Source: Eledone cirrhosa (taxonomy: Eukaryota). From it: a stretch of DNA of 64,000 bases. The notes beneath the pieces were generated by a model. That model was not told where the DNA came from. It searched no databases and saw only the letters and a program-made list of their open reading frames with translations. The position numbers were made by a program, and so were the translations under genes. Of the stretch, positions 1-12,471 are shown piece by piece; the first letter of the stretch is position 1, and each line of letters begins with the position of its first letter. Location of the stretch: assembly GCA_964016885.1 (NCBI GenBank), contig OZ024742.1, forward strand, positions 303,552,001 through 303,616,000. Direction: 5' to 3'.

Positions 1-1098
1 AAACTGCAACAATTGGATTATCTACATATCTAAGGGAATCACATGATTGGATGATCAAACTCGTTTTGAAACACGAAAGCATCAAAAGATCATATTCCAT
101 TACAAAAGATGCACAAAGATACAGTAATGGACTACAAATTTCAGAAGTCCGATTTACTGCTGAAATGGAAAACACAGAAAAAGTAAAGCAGGTAAAAGTA
201 ACTGCAAAGAAAGAACTGCTACAGAAACTGGCTAAGAAATGGCAAGAAAAGCCTCTGTATGGAAAATACCCAGAGCGAGCTAACAATCCTGATGTTGACA
301 AAACTTTAACCCATCAGTGGTTGGCATCCTCTGGACTGAAATCGGAGACTGAAGGACTGATTATATCGGCACAAGATCAGTGTCTGCCAACAAAAAATTA
401 CCAAGCCAACATAATAAAAAATGGGTGCAGCCCATTATGCCGTGTATGCAAAAAACAACCAGAGACCATTGACCATATAATTTCAATGTGCAGTCCTATA
501 GCTCCAACCGAATACCTAAACAGGCATGACAGAGCTGCACAATACATACATTGGATAATGTGTAATTTTGACCTGCCCCATCAAAAGAATTGGTGGCAGC
601 ATCAACCACCTCCCATACTTGAAAAAGATCACATCTCAATCTTGTGGAACTTTAGCATCCAAACAGACCGAAAAATAGATGCAATCAGACCTGATATAAT
701 ATTGAAAGACTTTCAAAAGAGGGTATGCCTGCTAATTGATATGTCTGTTCCAATAGACAAGAGAGTGCAAGAGAAGGAGAGGGAGAAAATTAACCGATAC
801 CAGGACTTAAAGTGGGAGGTAAAAAGGATTTGGAACTGCCATGAAGTCAAAGTGGTCCCGATTGTCATAGGCGCACTAGGTACTATCTCAAAAAGTTTCC
901 AGGGATGGTTAAAGAAAATTGGCCCCGCCACGCTTTTTGGAACGCTTCAAAAGGCATGCTTGCTGGGAACAGCAAGAACACTCCAATAAGTCCTGAATAT
1001 CTGGAGCTGCAGGTCGAGGCTTGATATTCATTTCAACAAACTTTCCAGTTAACTAACATCAATGACTGAGACTCAAAGAACAATAATAATAATAATAA
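1..1098 (+). mobile_element. R4/Dong-clade non-LTR retrotransposon 3' end, copy 1 (CCHC knuckle + restriction-like endonuclease), (TAA)n tail
   Basis: ORF 51-989 has CRVC..ETIDHIISMC, RHD, RPDIIL, LLIDMSVP, EKINRYQDL and VVPIVIGALG, the REL-endonuclease LINE motifs; short 3'UTR then (AAT)n at 1082-1098. Confidence 0.88.
51..989 (+). CDS. C-terminal part of retrotransposon ORF (zinc knuckle + PD-(D/E)xK REL endonuclease); the real ORF probably starts upstream of the window
   Basis: 312-aa open frame with CCHC and RHD/PD..D..K motifs. Confidence 0.8.
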   Translation: MIKLVLKHESIKRSYSITKDAQRYSNGLQISEVRFTAEMENTEKVKQVKVTAKKELLQKLAKKWQEKPLYGKYPERANNPDVDKTLTHQWLASSGLKSETEGLIISAQDQCLPTKNYQANIIKNGCSPLCRVCKKQPETIDHIISMCSPIAPTEYLNRHDRAAQYIHWIMCNFDLPHQKNWWQHQPPPILEKDHISILWNFSIQTDRKIDAIRPDIILKDFQKRVCLLIDMSVPIDKRVQEKEREKINRYQDLKWEVKRIWNCHEVKVVPIVIGALGTISKSFQGWLKKIGPATLFGTLQKACLLGTARTLQ

Positions 1099-1099
1099 G

Positions 1100-2083
1100 A
1101 CAAATAACAAATAACACAGATATGTGACTGACAGTAGGGAGTCGATGCTCAAAATTGTACTGAAAGAGTTGACAATAGACGAGGGGATGTCCAAGGAGGA
1201 AATAACAACATGGAGGAAGAGCAACCTTCATGAAAAATCCCTTCATAGTACCTTCTTTAAGAAAACGGAATTTAGAGATCCACAGACATGGAACTGGTTA
1301 AAAAGAGGAGACCTTAAAAAAGCTACAGAAGGAATGCTAATGACTGCGCAAGAGCAGGCACTCAAAACGAAGTGGGTGAAACACCATATTGATAAGGAGG
1401 AAGCTAGCCCACTGTGTATGATCTGTGGAGAGAGAGGAGACTGTGGCTCACATTGTATCCGAGTGTAAACACCTAGCCCAGACTCACTATAAGGGCTGGA
1501 GACATGATGTGATGGGCAGGGTGATCCACTGGCTCCTATGCAAAGTAAACAATTTACCACATTCTGAAGAGTGGTATGAGCATAAGCCAGAGTCGGTGAT
1601 AGAAAACGTTCAGGTGAAGGTGCTATGGGATTTTAGGATACAGACGGACAAGAAATTAGAACACAATAGGCCTGACCTGGTGGTTTTGGACAAGGAAAAA
1701 AGATCGTGCCTGATTGTAGATGTAGGCTGCCCATTTGACACGAGAGTGCAAGAAAAGGAGAGGGAGAAAATTAACCGATACCAGGATTTAAAGTGGGATT
1801 AAAAGGATTTGGAACTGCCATGAAATCAAGGTCATCCCGATTGTCATAGGCGCACTAGGTACTATTTCAAAGAGTTTCCAAGGATGGTTAAAGAAGATTA
1901 GCCCAGTCCTGCTTTTGGGAATACTTCAAAAGGTATGCTTGCTGAGAACAGCAAGAACCCTCCTATTTCATCCTGAATATCTGAGGCTGCAGGTAGCGGC
2001 TTGATATTCATTTCAACAAACGTTCCAGGTAAATAACATCAATGACTGAGACTCAAAGAATAGTAATAAAAATAATAATAATA
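1100..2083 (+). mobile_element. R4/Dong-clade LINE, 5'-truncated degenerate copy 2, inserted in tandem after the (TAA)n tail of copy 1
   Basis: ORFs 1124-1468 and 1425-1802 (CMICGE/ETVAHIVSEC, RHD, NRPDLVV) broken by a frameshift near 1430 and a stop near 1800; 3' ~320 bp nearly identical to 756-1080; ends in (AAT)n. Confidence 0.85.
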
Positions 2084-2888
2084 GCCGTAATGTTTACTTT
2101 ACAAAGATGGTATTTAAAAATCATTTGATTGCAAATTTTATTTATAGTCGTGTTAAAGATAACATAAATATTTTCGACTGTATTCATCATATTGGATCTA
2201 AGTTTAATTTGAACATACTGCTTACATTAAGAGCTATCTTTAAATAATGTCTTATCTTGGTGTCTCCTTTATTTTCTTCTAACGTTATGTGCTTTATCAC
2301 CTCATGCCTATCCCTTACTGAACCTTGTTTCTCTATATTCCCAGAAAGTGTGTTCTCAACTTTTACAAAGAGATCGTGTTAGTTTTGTTAGTCTTAATTT
2401 CTTGTCTTTCTGCTAATTATCAGCAGAATACTGAATCTACACAGCAGAGATGTAGAACATCTTAACAGCTTTATAGGTTTAAGTGTGAATTGAAGATAAG
2501 CCAAAACTATTTCTTTCCTAAGTGATAAAATAGAGCACTTCACTGCATTCAAATTCTATTACATATCATGTCTAGTATAAAAAAATATATATAATGAAAC
2601 AAAGGCATGTCAATTCTCCACCGGAACGAACTCTATAGATAGTCAGTAATACCTTACAAATTATATTAATTTGTAAATCGTATATTCTTTATTATAATCA
2701 TCATTTGATACAAACTAATATCCCATTAGATTATCCGTTCTATGTATCTCTTCATCAATTTATCCATACAAAACACTATATAAGCCATTTTTTTCTGATT
2801 CTCCTTCATCATCTTTTTAGTTTAACATCCAATTGTTTATATTTTTTTTTATATATATATGCATGCACACATATTCACCCCTACCCGA

Positions 2889-2920
<32 letters not shown>

Positions 2921-4127
2921 CATATTTATATACATATATATATATACATATCTGTATATACATATATATATATATACATACATATATACATACACATTAT
3001 ATATATATACACACACACATATATATATGTATATATATATATATATTCTTCATTCTTCTCGTTTTTATTTTCTGTGTTGTTTATCTATCTTGTTTTTCTA
3101 TTGCCTACTTGGTTATTCTAGATTATCTTCACATGTTCATAACTTCACCAGCATTGGTTAAAATATAAAACACTTAGTCTCATTGGAAACTCATCAAATT
3201 TGATCTATCATCATTCAGTCTCTCTCTCTCCTCCCCTCTCTCTCTAGTTTTCTCCCTCTCACTGATAATGTTTACCTCTCCTCTCTTTCACGCACACATA
3301 CATATATGTTTGGTTTCAACATGTATGTCTTCCTAATATGCATGTTTTCTATATTTCTTTTTTCCATCACAGAAACATTAGATCCTTCGTTTCCGTCTAT
3401 TCCTGTCTCTTTCATCGTCAAGTTCTAAAAATTCTTGTATTTTTTACTCAAACCCTCTCCCTGGCGTCACACACATACACCCACTCTCTTTCTCTCACTT
3501 TCTCTATCTTTCTCTGCCTTTTTTATCTCCCTCGCCTTCTTTCTCAGTCGTTCTCTCCATCTCTCTCTCTCTTACTTTGCCTCTTTTACACACACATACG
3601 GACTATTTCTTCCCCCTCTAGGTTTTAGCTCTCTAAATCATAATCCCTCTCCATCATTCTAGTTCCTTAAAATTTTTAGAACTTTTCTTTTATATTTGAC
3701 TCCGAAACTTCACACAGATATTTCTCAAGTACATTTCATTTTCAAGGTTTTTATCTTCTCCTCTGAACGATATCAACTTGACAACCATTTTGGCAATGAT
3801 TCCGTTTGTGACTTTAATCCAGCACTACCACTGAAAATTTCTTCATAATGCTTTTCGGTGATGAGGGATGGCGATTTTTCTCCTTTATTATTTCTGTTTT
3901 ATTTTGAATTCATTCCTATTTCAAGCCATTTTGCAGTTTTAATTTAGCCTTCTCTATCTTTTTTATACATTTTTTTACAATTGTTTACTTTTTGTGCCCA
4001 ATTTCCCATGCTGTCATTTTTAGTACTTTCGTTCTTATTTATCATCATCATCATAATTATCCAGATCACCATCAGCCTATAGACGTCTAATTCATATATT
4101 TTTCCTCTGCATAAAAATAATGATGAA

Positions 4128-4310
<183 letters not shown>

Positions 4311-4906
4311 CAGAGTAATCATACTTCTCATCTTTTTTGTCCTCAATTTTTTTTCTTCCTGCCTAACATATTTTTGAAAAATTGTAGCAGGAAAATACAA
4401 AATACAAGAAAGATAGAAAGAAAGAAAGAAATATAAAAAAGAAAGAAAAGCAAAGAAGAGCTCTTAAAAGTTTTGACATTGTGTCGTTCAGCATTAGTTG
4501 AGAGAATTCTGAATGAAAACCATTAATCTAAAATCACCAGAAAAATATGAAATATCAATATGACAGGTTAAATTAACTCGAGAAAGTTCGATATTAGTGG
4601 ATTCAATTTTTTCTTCTGCTTTTCTGATACTCAAACATTAAATATTTGTTGAAATAGTCTCTCGATGCCAGCTAGTCACTGAAATCAATGTTTTGGGCGC
4701 GATTCTATCACAAATCTGAGCGAAGTATTATAAATAAATAAATAAATAAATAAATATGAATCTAAATGTACTGCTCTGTTTTTTTCTTCCCATTTGGAAA
4801 AAAATCCATTTATGTTAAATCATCAAACATATTTTACAACTGCCGAGCTTTCTCCACACAAGTAAAACTAATTAGAGTGATGTTAATAACGATGAAAATA
4901 TAGAGG

Positions 4907-4977
<71 letters not shown>

Positions 4978-4997
4978 ATAAACAACATAAGATATTG

Positions 4998-5058
4998 TTT
5001 CATTTTCCAGTGGTTTCTTGAAAGCAAAAGAAATTTGCTTTCAGTCATCAGAATGAAA
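4998..5058 (-). ncRNA. Type I hammerhead ribozyme, one core mutation (UH->AA)
   Basis: Minus strand: tttcatt-CTGATGA-c tgaaagcaaa/tttgctttca a-GAAA-ccactgg-AA-aatgaaa; stems I and II pair perfectly. Confidence 0.7.
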
Positions 5059-5456
5059 ATATCCTGGTGTATTTATTGACAGTGGATTTTAAAAACCTTA
5101 TATATATATATATATATACACTCACACACACACATATATATATACTACTGCAGCTGTCGAATATGACTTGGTAGTTTGGGAGTATATGAGTATATGCACT
5201 GCTTTTAGAAGACTATGCAGTCGCGAGCAGTCATGGGTATCCACACGTCTCTACCTCGGTTAATACAACGGAACATCCAGGATATGACAGCTGGAAGGAA
5301 TTAAGGCTACACGGACAGCAAGCTGGTACTTTGTATGACCACGAAAGGATGAAGAAAATCTGGACACGGAAGGATGTAAACGATAAAATCGTAGACATGT
5401 AACAAATATCCAATTCTACCAAATCGTTCACCTTATGTATGCATATATATATATAT

Positions 5457-5535
5457 GTATTGAAATTTCCGTTGAAAACAGAAAAGGTCATAATAGAAGT
5501 GAAGAGTGCTCTATGTAATTATGTAATTACCAGAG

Positions 5536-5566
<31 letters not shown>

Positions 5567-5711
5567 GCTTTTCTTGATGAGACTTTCCAAGTATTTACCC
5601 ATGTTTTATATTGCCTCGTCTGACGAACGAATGAAGACGTTCCTTTCGTATTCGCCTCATTCGGGAAACCTCTGGTAATGAGGTAATTATATTGTATTGA
5701 TTTTTATACAT
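5457..5711 (+). mobile_element. Penelope pLTR/retrozyme-like element between (TA)n tracts; related to 24376-24600
   Basis: Carries the HHR at 5610-5686; its blocks match 24376-24450 (direct) and 24452-24600 (inverted). Confidence 0.7.
5610..5686 (+). ncRNA. Type I hammerhead ribozyme, intact core
   Basis: attgcctcgt-CTGACGA-a cgaatga...tcattcg g-GAAA-cc tct gg-TA-atgaggtaat; 10-bp stem I with G:U pairs, GUA cleavage triplet. Confidence 0.85.
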
Positions 5712-5905
5712 TATATATATATATATAAATATAATAAAGAATTTATATCTAGTAACATACATATACATATAAATGCATATCGATGCTAGCAAATATATAG
5801 GTTTTGTCTTAATAACATTGTGGTTCAATGCATGGGGTTGCAGAACAATAATATAAGAGACGTAAGATAAGAAAATTATAAAATTAACTTACTTACTAAA
5901 ATATC

Positions 5906-5987
5906 ACTTCCAACTAATTAGTTTCTGGAATGGAGTAGATACATCTTCCGAAGAAGGTGTAGAGAAACATCCCGTCATCAGGAAAGT
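5906..5987 (-). ncRNA. Type I hammerhead ribozyme, intact core
   Basis: Minus: actttc-CTGATGA-c gggatg...tacaccttc TTCG gaagatgta...cattcc a-GAAA-ctaattag-TT-ggaagt; palindromic stem III. Confidence 0.85.
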
Positions 5988-6425
5988 CAATTCTCATATA
6001 AGTTCCAGGCAAAGCGAGGACACTGGAAGCTTATTAAAAATAAATCAGTGAATAGGAAATAGCAAAGCGTGGACTTACTTCCTAGCCATTGAGAAAATCA
6101 CTGCCTCTGTGTCTGTGGCAAATTCAAAAAGAATCGAACACGTGACATCGAGGTCAATCGATGGAAAGTGGGTTGTTTATAAGACAGCGGCTAGCCTGCT
6201 ACCGTAGCAGCAGTCATGGCCAGTATTGCTCGACAAATATTTTGGAGATAATAATAAAGAATTTATATCTAGTAACATATATATACATACAAATGCATAT
6301 CGATGCTAGCAAATATATAGGTTTTGTCTTAATAACATTGTGGTTCAATGCATGGGGTTGCAGAACAATAATATAAGAGACGTAAGATAAGAAAATTATA
6401 AAATTAACTTACTTACTAAAATATC

Positions 6426-6507
6426 ACTTCCAACTAATTAGTTTCTGGAATGGAGTAGATACATCTTCCAAAGAAGGTGTAGAGAAACATCCCGTCATCA
6501 GGAAAGT
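6426..6507 (-). ncRNA. Type I hammerhead ribozyme, intact core (tandem copy of 5906-5987)
   Basis: Same sequence apart from the stem II loop (TTTG instead of TTCG). Confidence 0.85.
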
Positions 6508-6907
6508 CAATTCTATGTATATATATATATTATATATATGTATATATATATATTATATATATATACATATATATAAGCCTCTCTGATTTCTCCCGAATGA
6601 AATCGTTCTAGTCCTTTAGAAGCCATTTCTATATTAAATATTGATACTCTGCTATGTATTGAGTACCTTACTTACTGTTTTTACCTTGATTGAACCCGGG
6701 ATAAACATATATATATATATATATATAATGAGATAAATATTCCAACAGGTACTAAGTACCTACGGAAATATATATGGTGTCTATAATAATTGTTGTTCAA
6801 TGGTACTAATTTGAGATACTAGAACTATAAAAATGAGCGGAATAAGCAAACATTAAATAATCCTTTATATAAATTAAAATACGATTTAAATATTCACCTG
6901 TTCTAAT

Positions 6908-6986
6908 GCTGTTACCGACGATTTCGCTTATCAAAAGATTGGAAATTCAGAGAATTTTCAATGGAAAGATCAGCTCTTCGTACAGC
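6908..6986 (-). ncRNA. Hammerhead ribozyme variant (ACGAAGA core)
   Basis: Minus: gctgt-ACGAAGA-gctgatc...gataagc-GAAA-tcgtcgg-TA-acagc. Confidence 0.65.
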
Positions 6987-7573
6987 TATTTCCATTCTAT
7001 ATGGCATAAAGCCTCACAGTTTGTAAAATAACGCTTCCTGCCCGATGTATGAGGTCAGGCCGTTAAAGTGACCCACGCATAAACAGGCCGCAAGTAAAAG
7101 CGGGAATATTATAGACTCGTTGTCTTTCATGCTACTAAAAAAATAGCAGGACGATACAACATTTTGTTCTCTACACAGAGGAAGAATACACACAAAATGA
7201 GATAACTATTCCAACAGGTACTAAGTACCTACGGAAATATATATGGTGTCTATAATAATTGTTGTTCAATGGTACTAATTTGAGATACCAGAACTATAAA
7301 AATGAGCGGAACAAGCAAACATTAAACAATCTTTTAAATAAATTAAAATACGATTTAAATATTCACCTGTTCTAATGCTGTTACCGACGATTTCGCTTAT
7401 CAAAAGATTGGACATTCAGAGAATTTCCAATGGAAAGATCAGCTCTATAATATTCTCGCTTTTACTTGCGGGCTCTTTATGTGTGGGTCACTTTAACGGC
7501 CTGACCTCATACATCGGGCAGGAGGCGATATATTTACAAACTGTGAGGCTTTATGCCCTATAGACTGGAAATA

Positions 7574-7652
7574 GCTGTCTGAAGAGGTGATCTTTCTATT
7601 GCAAACTCTCTGAATTTCCAATCTTTTGATAAGCGAGACCGTCGGTAAGAGC
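7574..7652 (+). ncRNA. Hammerhead ribozyme, mutated (GAGA for GAAA)
   Basis: gctgt-CTGAAGA-ggtgatc...gataagc-GAGA-ccgtcgg-TA-agagc; inverted copy of 6908-6986. Confidence 0.65.
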
Positions 7653-7732
7653 ATTAGATCAGGTGAATATTTAAATCGTATTTTAATTTAATTAAAAGAT
7701 TGTTTAATGTTTGCTGGTTCCGCTCGCTTATA

Positions 7733-7818
<86 letters not shown>

Positions 7819-9175
7819 CATATAATGCGTTGGTTGGTGTATCACAAAGAACATATTTGTATGTATAGTGAGCTGTGTATATTTGTTATAGTGCGTGCGG
7901 TTCAGGGCAAGTTCAGATTAGTAAGCTATAGGGAGCTGAAAGGGAGAAACCTGAAATAAAACCTTTTGTGTTTTAATGATTGTTTATGTGATAGAGGTGT
8001 GGAAATATGAGTGTGTGAGAGTTAATAACAGAATTAGCATTAAGTCTAGAAGTAGAACTAGGTTTAGGATTAATATTTACCATGAGCAGTCTATGAACCT
8101 CATTACTAGCGTTTTCGGATTATAATGATTCATCACACTATATTATTCCTGGCTTAGCAAATCTGTTACCCGTCTGAGTACGTGTATAGGTGTTTCCATA
8201 TCACTCCGACGGTTTAGGGTAGACACCCGTTTCTTAATAAAATATGCCTCCGTATTCTTATGTCGAACTTATCTGCTAGCATCGCAACAATTTATCCCAT
8301 CGCTAGCCTCAAGAAAAACCAGCATCAGCTTCTATGAGATGTCTTCCTTCACCCATACTCAGCATATCCTCATAGTCTGTGCGTGTGTCCATAATAAGTA
8401 TGTAAATGAATGCATACATGACATGTTTTATGTGTAGTTAACATACTCTTGTATGCTAACGTCTTGTTAGACACGTATTTTCGGTTGTTTATACGCCATT
8501 AGCAACATGTATTCACTCTTTTCTGAGACAAGAATAAGCTTATAACTTATCTGCACTTTCGCATTTCAAATATCAGCTGGAGATGCTCATTTGAAAACAG
8601 TGTGAACATGACCAGCTATTGTTAATTAGCAATATCAGTAGTATTTAGTGTTTCGTAAATGGGAGGCATATGAAGGTATATTAGATATTTCATGCGCCAA
8701 AAAGCATATAAACTTATTCCTGCCCGAATAGCGAATGAATAAATATCACTGATGACGGATATAATCCAGAAACACATGTCTGACATTCTCATACATCTAT
8801 TGTAATAGCTATGATGGCATAATATATTCATAGCAAGGCACTTATATGCTTATTATACATAAACATATCTTATAAACCATCATATACACCCGTTTATGAA
8901 TCACGCTATGTTAGAGGTACTGTTAATATGTTTGTGTTGGATGTCGTATGCTTACGAGTAGGCTTAGGGTTAGCTGAGGTTTGGTCTTGCCTTTTGTTGC
9001 TAGATTAAAATTTTATCTTCACCTACATGAGAGGGTGTGCAGGAATAAATGAATTGATGTTAAGGCGGCTAATATCTGACAAAATAGATGAAACAATCAT
9101 CACATATGTATGCATATATATCCATAAACTTGTATATATGTGTGTGTTTGCATGCCTGTTTGTCTGTCTCCCTGA

Positions 9176-9625
9176 ATGTATGTATGTATGTATGTATGTA
9201 TGTATGTATGTATGTATGTATGTATGTATGTATGTATGTATGTATGTATGTATGTATGTATGTATGTATATATGTATGTATGTTCTTCTGGTTTTATAAT
9301 TTCACAATTTGTTTCCCAATAGAGAGAGAGTCGGTTTCTAACATAGACACAAGACTCTCTCATTGGAATTTACACAATATCAACTAGGTAGATTATGTAT
9401 GCATGCATGTGTAGATATGGATGTTATTGTATGTGTGGATGTGTATGTTTTGAGTTGCATGTGTGCATGTGTATATGCTTTGCATCTGTACATGTGTATA
9501 TGCAATTATTAGATGCAACATTTTTGGAATGTTTTACATATTTTTACTGTTCCATTAATGGATTGTATGTATGTATGTATGTATGTATGTATGTATGTAT
9601 GTATGTATGTATGTATGTATGTATG
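9176..9625. repeat. (ATGT)n tracts with an interspersed ~270-bp repeat shared with 52628-52905
   Basis: tgttcttctggttttataatttcac...gagtcggtttctaa.atagac/taca...ctctctcattggaatttacac occurs at both sites right after (ATGT)n. Confidence 0.8.
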
Positions 9626-10667
9626 CATGTATGCATGTATGTATGTAAGCATGTATGTATATATGCATGTGTGTTTATATGTAAGAGAATAAGTGTGTGT
9701 GTAGTATGTGTGGGTGTTTGTATTTAGAGTATTTCGACACTCTTCAATGTTTAATTCCTGGCTGGAATGATTTTGCGATATATATTATCGACACAATACA
9801 ATACATTATTGGCTAGAGACATGTAACATGAAAAAGGACAGTATTAGAAATATAAACACCAGTGTTGCGTTGGTTTGACGATTTAACTTCAAAACCTAAC
9901 ATACGCATAAATAAGAGAAATAACAAATTTATGAAATTTGGATAGTATGGATTGGATCTATTAAACTACCGATATTATGTATCTTATTATTTTTAATTGA
10001 ACATGTATTTCGCAAGAAAAATCGATATTTCAAATGATTTAGCGGTCAGTTTATATGACGTAGTCCTGTCTCTATATGGAAATTAGCCACATCATTCCAT
10101 TCTTTGAAACAATGGGTGTAGTAATGACAATTTGGTTGCTTTTTCATTGAGGTTGAGTGACACCAAAGATGATTTCACGTCCTAATTCTCTTCGAAAGTT
10201 TTTACGATTCCCTGTCTCCAACTATTCAATTCAGTAATTTAGGAGCAACGGAGGTTTTGGAATTATCCAAATTTGGGGCCACTTATCATATGAGTCATGT
10301 CGTGAAGAAAAACAAAGGAGGAATTATCAATTAGTGATGAATGTTGAGGATAATAAAATATCCGTTAAACCTGGTTTAAAGTGAAATTTTCGTTCAAGTT
10401 GCACCCAATATATTTTCCCCAAGTACAATTAATCATATTGGGAAGGAGAATTCTATATATACATCCAGTTTCATTATTTTCTACATAGATAAATTCTGTA
10501 TGATAATTGAATTGAAAATAGTTTCACTCATTGATAGATTTTCCTCTTTGTGGATTTCTTCCACAGTATTCTAGAAAGGCAAATGCAGCGTGGATTGTGG
10601 TTGCTCTAGGTCAGTAGCAGAGATTCTTTCTAATTTACTTGGAGAATTATACATGACAGAACATTTT

Positions 10668-10827
10668 TTGACAGATAGGTGTAAACCCAGACCTAGCTGT
10701 CGAAACGGCCGGAGCTCAGCCGTCGGGGTCCTGCCTGACTCTTTTCCTATTACCCATTCTACTACCCAGTATCGAGTACTCTGATACGTTATGGTCCACC
10801 TGGTTCCTTACCACACTGCCTTCGTTA
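10668..10827 (+). mobile_element. 5'-truncated pLTR-like element, family copy 1 (3' half of an HHR plus conserved tail)
   Basis: Stem II gacagataggt/acctagctgtc-GAAA-cggc..gccg-TC-gggg; tail ttatggtcca.ctggttccttaccacact.ccttc then (TA)n; matches 23173-23327 and 56438-56628. Confidence 0.7.
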
Positions 10828-10840
10828 TATATATATATAT

Positions 10841-11286
10841 ACTAGACCTGAAAAATGCGCAAACTCAAAAGAGCCACAGAATGTTATAATAAACCTTCAA
10901 AAGTGTGGGACTAGAGTTGTTGCTAAAAAATATTGTAATCATTATCTATCGTACACTCTGTGGCATCCTTTTATAAAAAAGAGACTCATAACGAACTCAA
11001 GACGACACGATAATTATTTAAGCTAATGTTCAATATCTCATATTAGATGTTTAGTAATGATTAATACGAAATGCACTTAAACCAAATTCTATATTATAAA
11101 TTCACTTAAATAATTATCGTGTCGTCTTGAGTTCGTTATGAGTCTCTTTTTTATAAAAGGATGCCACAGTGTGTACGATAGATAATGATTACAATATTTT
11201 TGAGCAACAACTCTAGACCCACACATTTGAAAGTTTATTATAACATTCTGTGGCTCTTTTGAGCTTGCGCATTTTTCAGGTCTAGT
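10841..11286. repeat. Fold-back inverted repeat, ~182-bp arms, ~82-bp spacer
   Basis: 10841-11022 is the reverse complement of 11105-11286 with few mismatches; starts at (TA)n. Confidence 0.9.
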
Positions 11287-11966
11287 TAATTATAGCTTGT
11301 AATAGCTCTAGTTAAACATGATATATATTAATAATAAATTATCGTTGTAATGTAATTAGATTATATAATTGTTATTTTATAAATGATCTTATAAATACTA
11401 TAAACATATTTTCAGACTTTTAATATACACAATTACAAAAAACAAATAATATTAAATAAATATATTTTACATTATAATTGTTATAGTTGATTAATAAAAA
11501 TTAAATATTACATACAAATAGTCTAACATAATAATTAAAAAATAATCTAACATAAAACGAACAATAATATGGACAAATATACAAGTAAATATGATACAAC
11601 CAATATTATAAGCATGTTATAACGAACTGAGAAAAAATAGTTAATATAAATTTAAAAAATCATATATAAATTAACAATATAACTTACCAAAACGAGAGAA
11701 ATATTTTGATGTTAAACGACGAAATACAGGAGGAAGATTCGAAGCGAAACGATAAATAAAGTGGCGGATGCTTTTCAGCAACAATTACTCTCATTGGTTG
11801 ATTAGCCAATAAGAAAATACATTACAAAACATGTTTCACCACAGCGATCACCACGACCAGCGAAACCCCTTGAATATTTTATTCACAAGCTACGCATATA
11901 TATCAGAAACACGCAGACTTAAAACACTCTGTTGTTAGTCACTGCGTGTCTAACAGATATATACAT

Positions 11967-12056
<90 letters not shown>

Positions 12057-12156
12057 AGTTTTGTGGGACATTCATACGTCGGATATAGACGGGAGAGTCC
12101 ATCATATATATATATAATAAATAATAGAGACGGTTTTATTCCTACATCTTTATTTT

Positions 12157-12226
12157 TTCATTATACGTATTTCGAAGATGTAAGGTAGTTATATAATAAC
12201 CACCTTACATGCCCTCTTCAAACAAA
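12157..12226 (-). ncRNA. Hammerhead ribozyme, C3->U variant
   Basis: Minus: tttgt-TTGAAGA-gggcatgtaaggtg...taccttacatcttc-GAAA-tacgta-TA-atgaa; long stem II, palindromic stem III. Confidence 0.7.
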
Positions 12227-12384
12227 CGAGATGTAATTTTCCATTGATATGCTTCTAGTTCGACGCTTTATTAACCTCGCTGACCAGTGTAGGAGAAAAT
12301 CCTAAAGAATAAAAAACGCAGAGTGCTTCACGTGTCTTTACGAATAAGTTGGCAGATTTTTGATCAACCAACTTTCTTCAACTG

Positions 12385-12471
<87 letters not shown>

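Larger units (their letters stand above)
5731..6514 (-). mobile_element. Partial tandem (1.5 units, 520-bp period) HHR-bearing element, retrozyme/pLTR-like
   Basis: 5731-5994 repeated almost exactly at 6251-6514; each copy has an HHR; (TA)n at both ends. Confidence 0.8.
6728..7730. mobile_element. Penelope-type pLTR arrangement: partial tandem (469-bp period) plus inverted copy
   Basis: 6728-6975 is repeated at 7197-7446; 7447-7726 is the reverse complement of 6835-7112; (TA)n on both flanks. Confidence 0.8.

Noticed and set aside
3160-3205. Minus-strand TTGATGA plus gtttc/gagac hairpin
   Set aside because: No GAAA box; too degenerate to call
8095-8140. Minus-strand GTGATGA...GAAA-acgctag-TA
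   Set aside because: Stem I does not pair; may be chance
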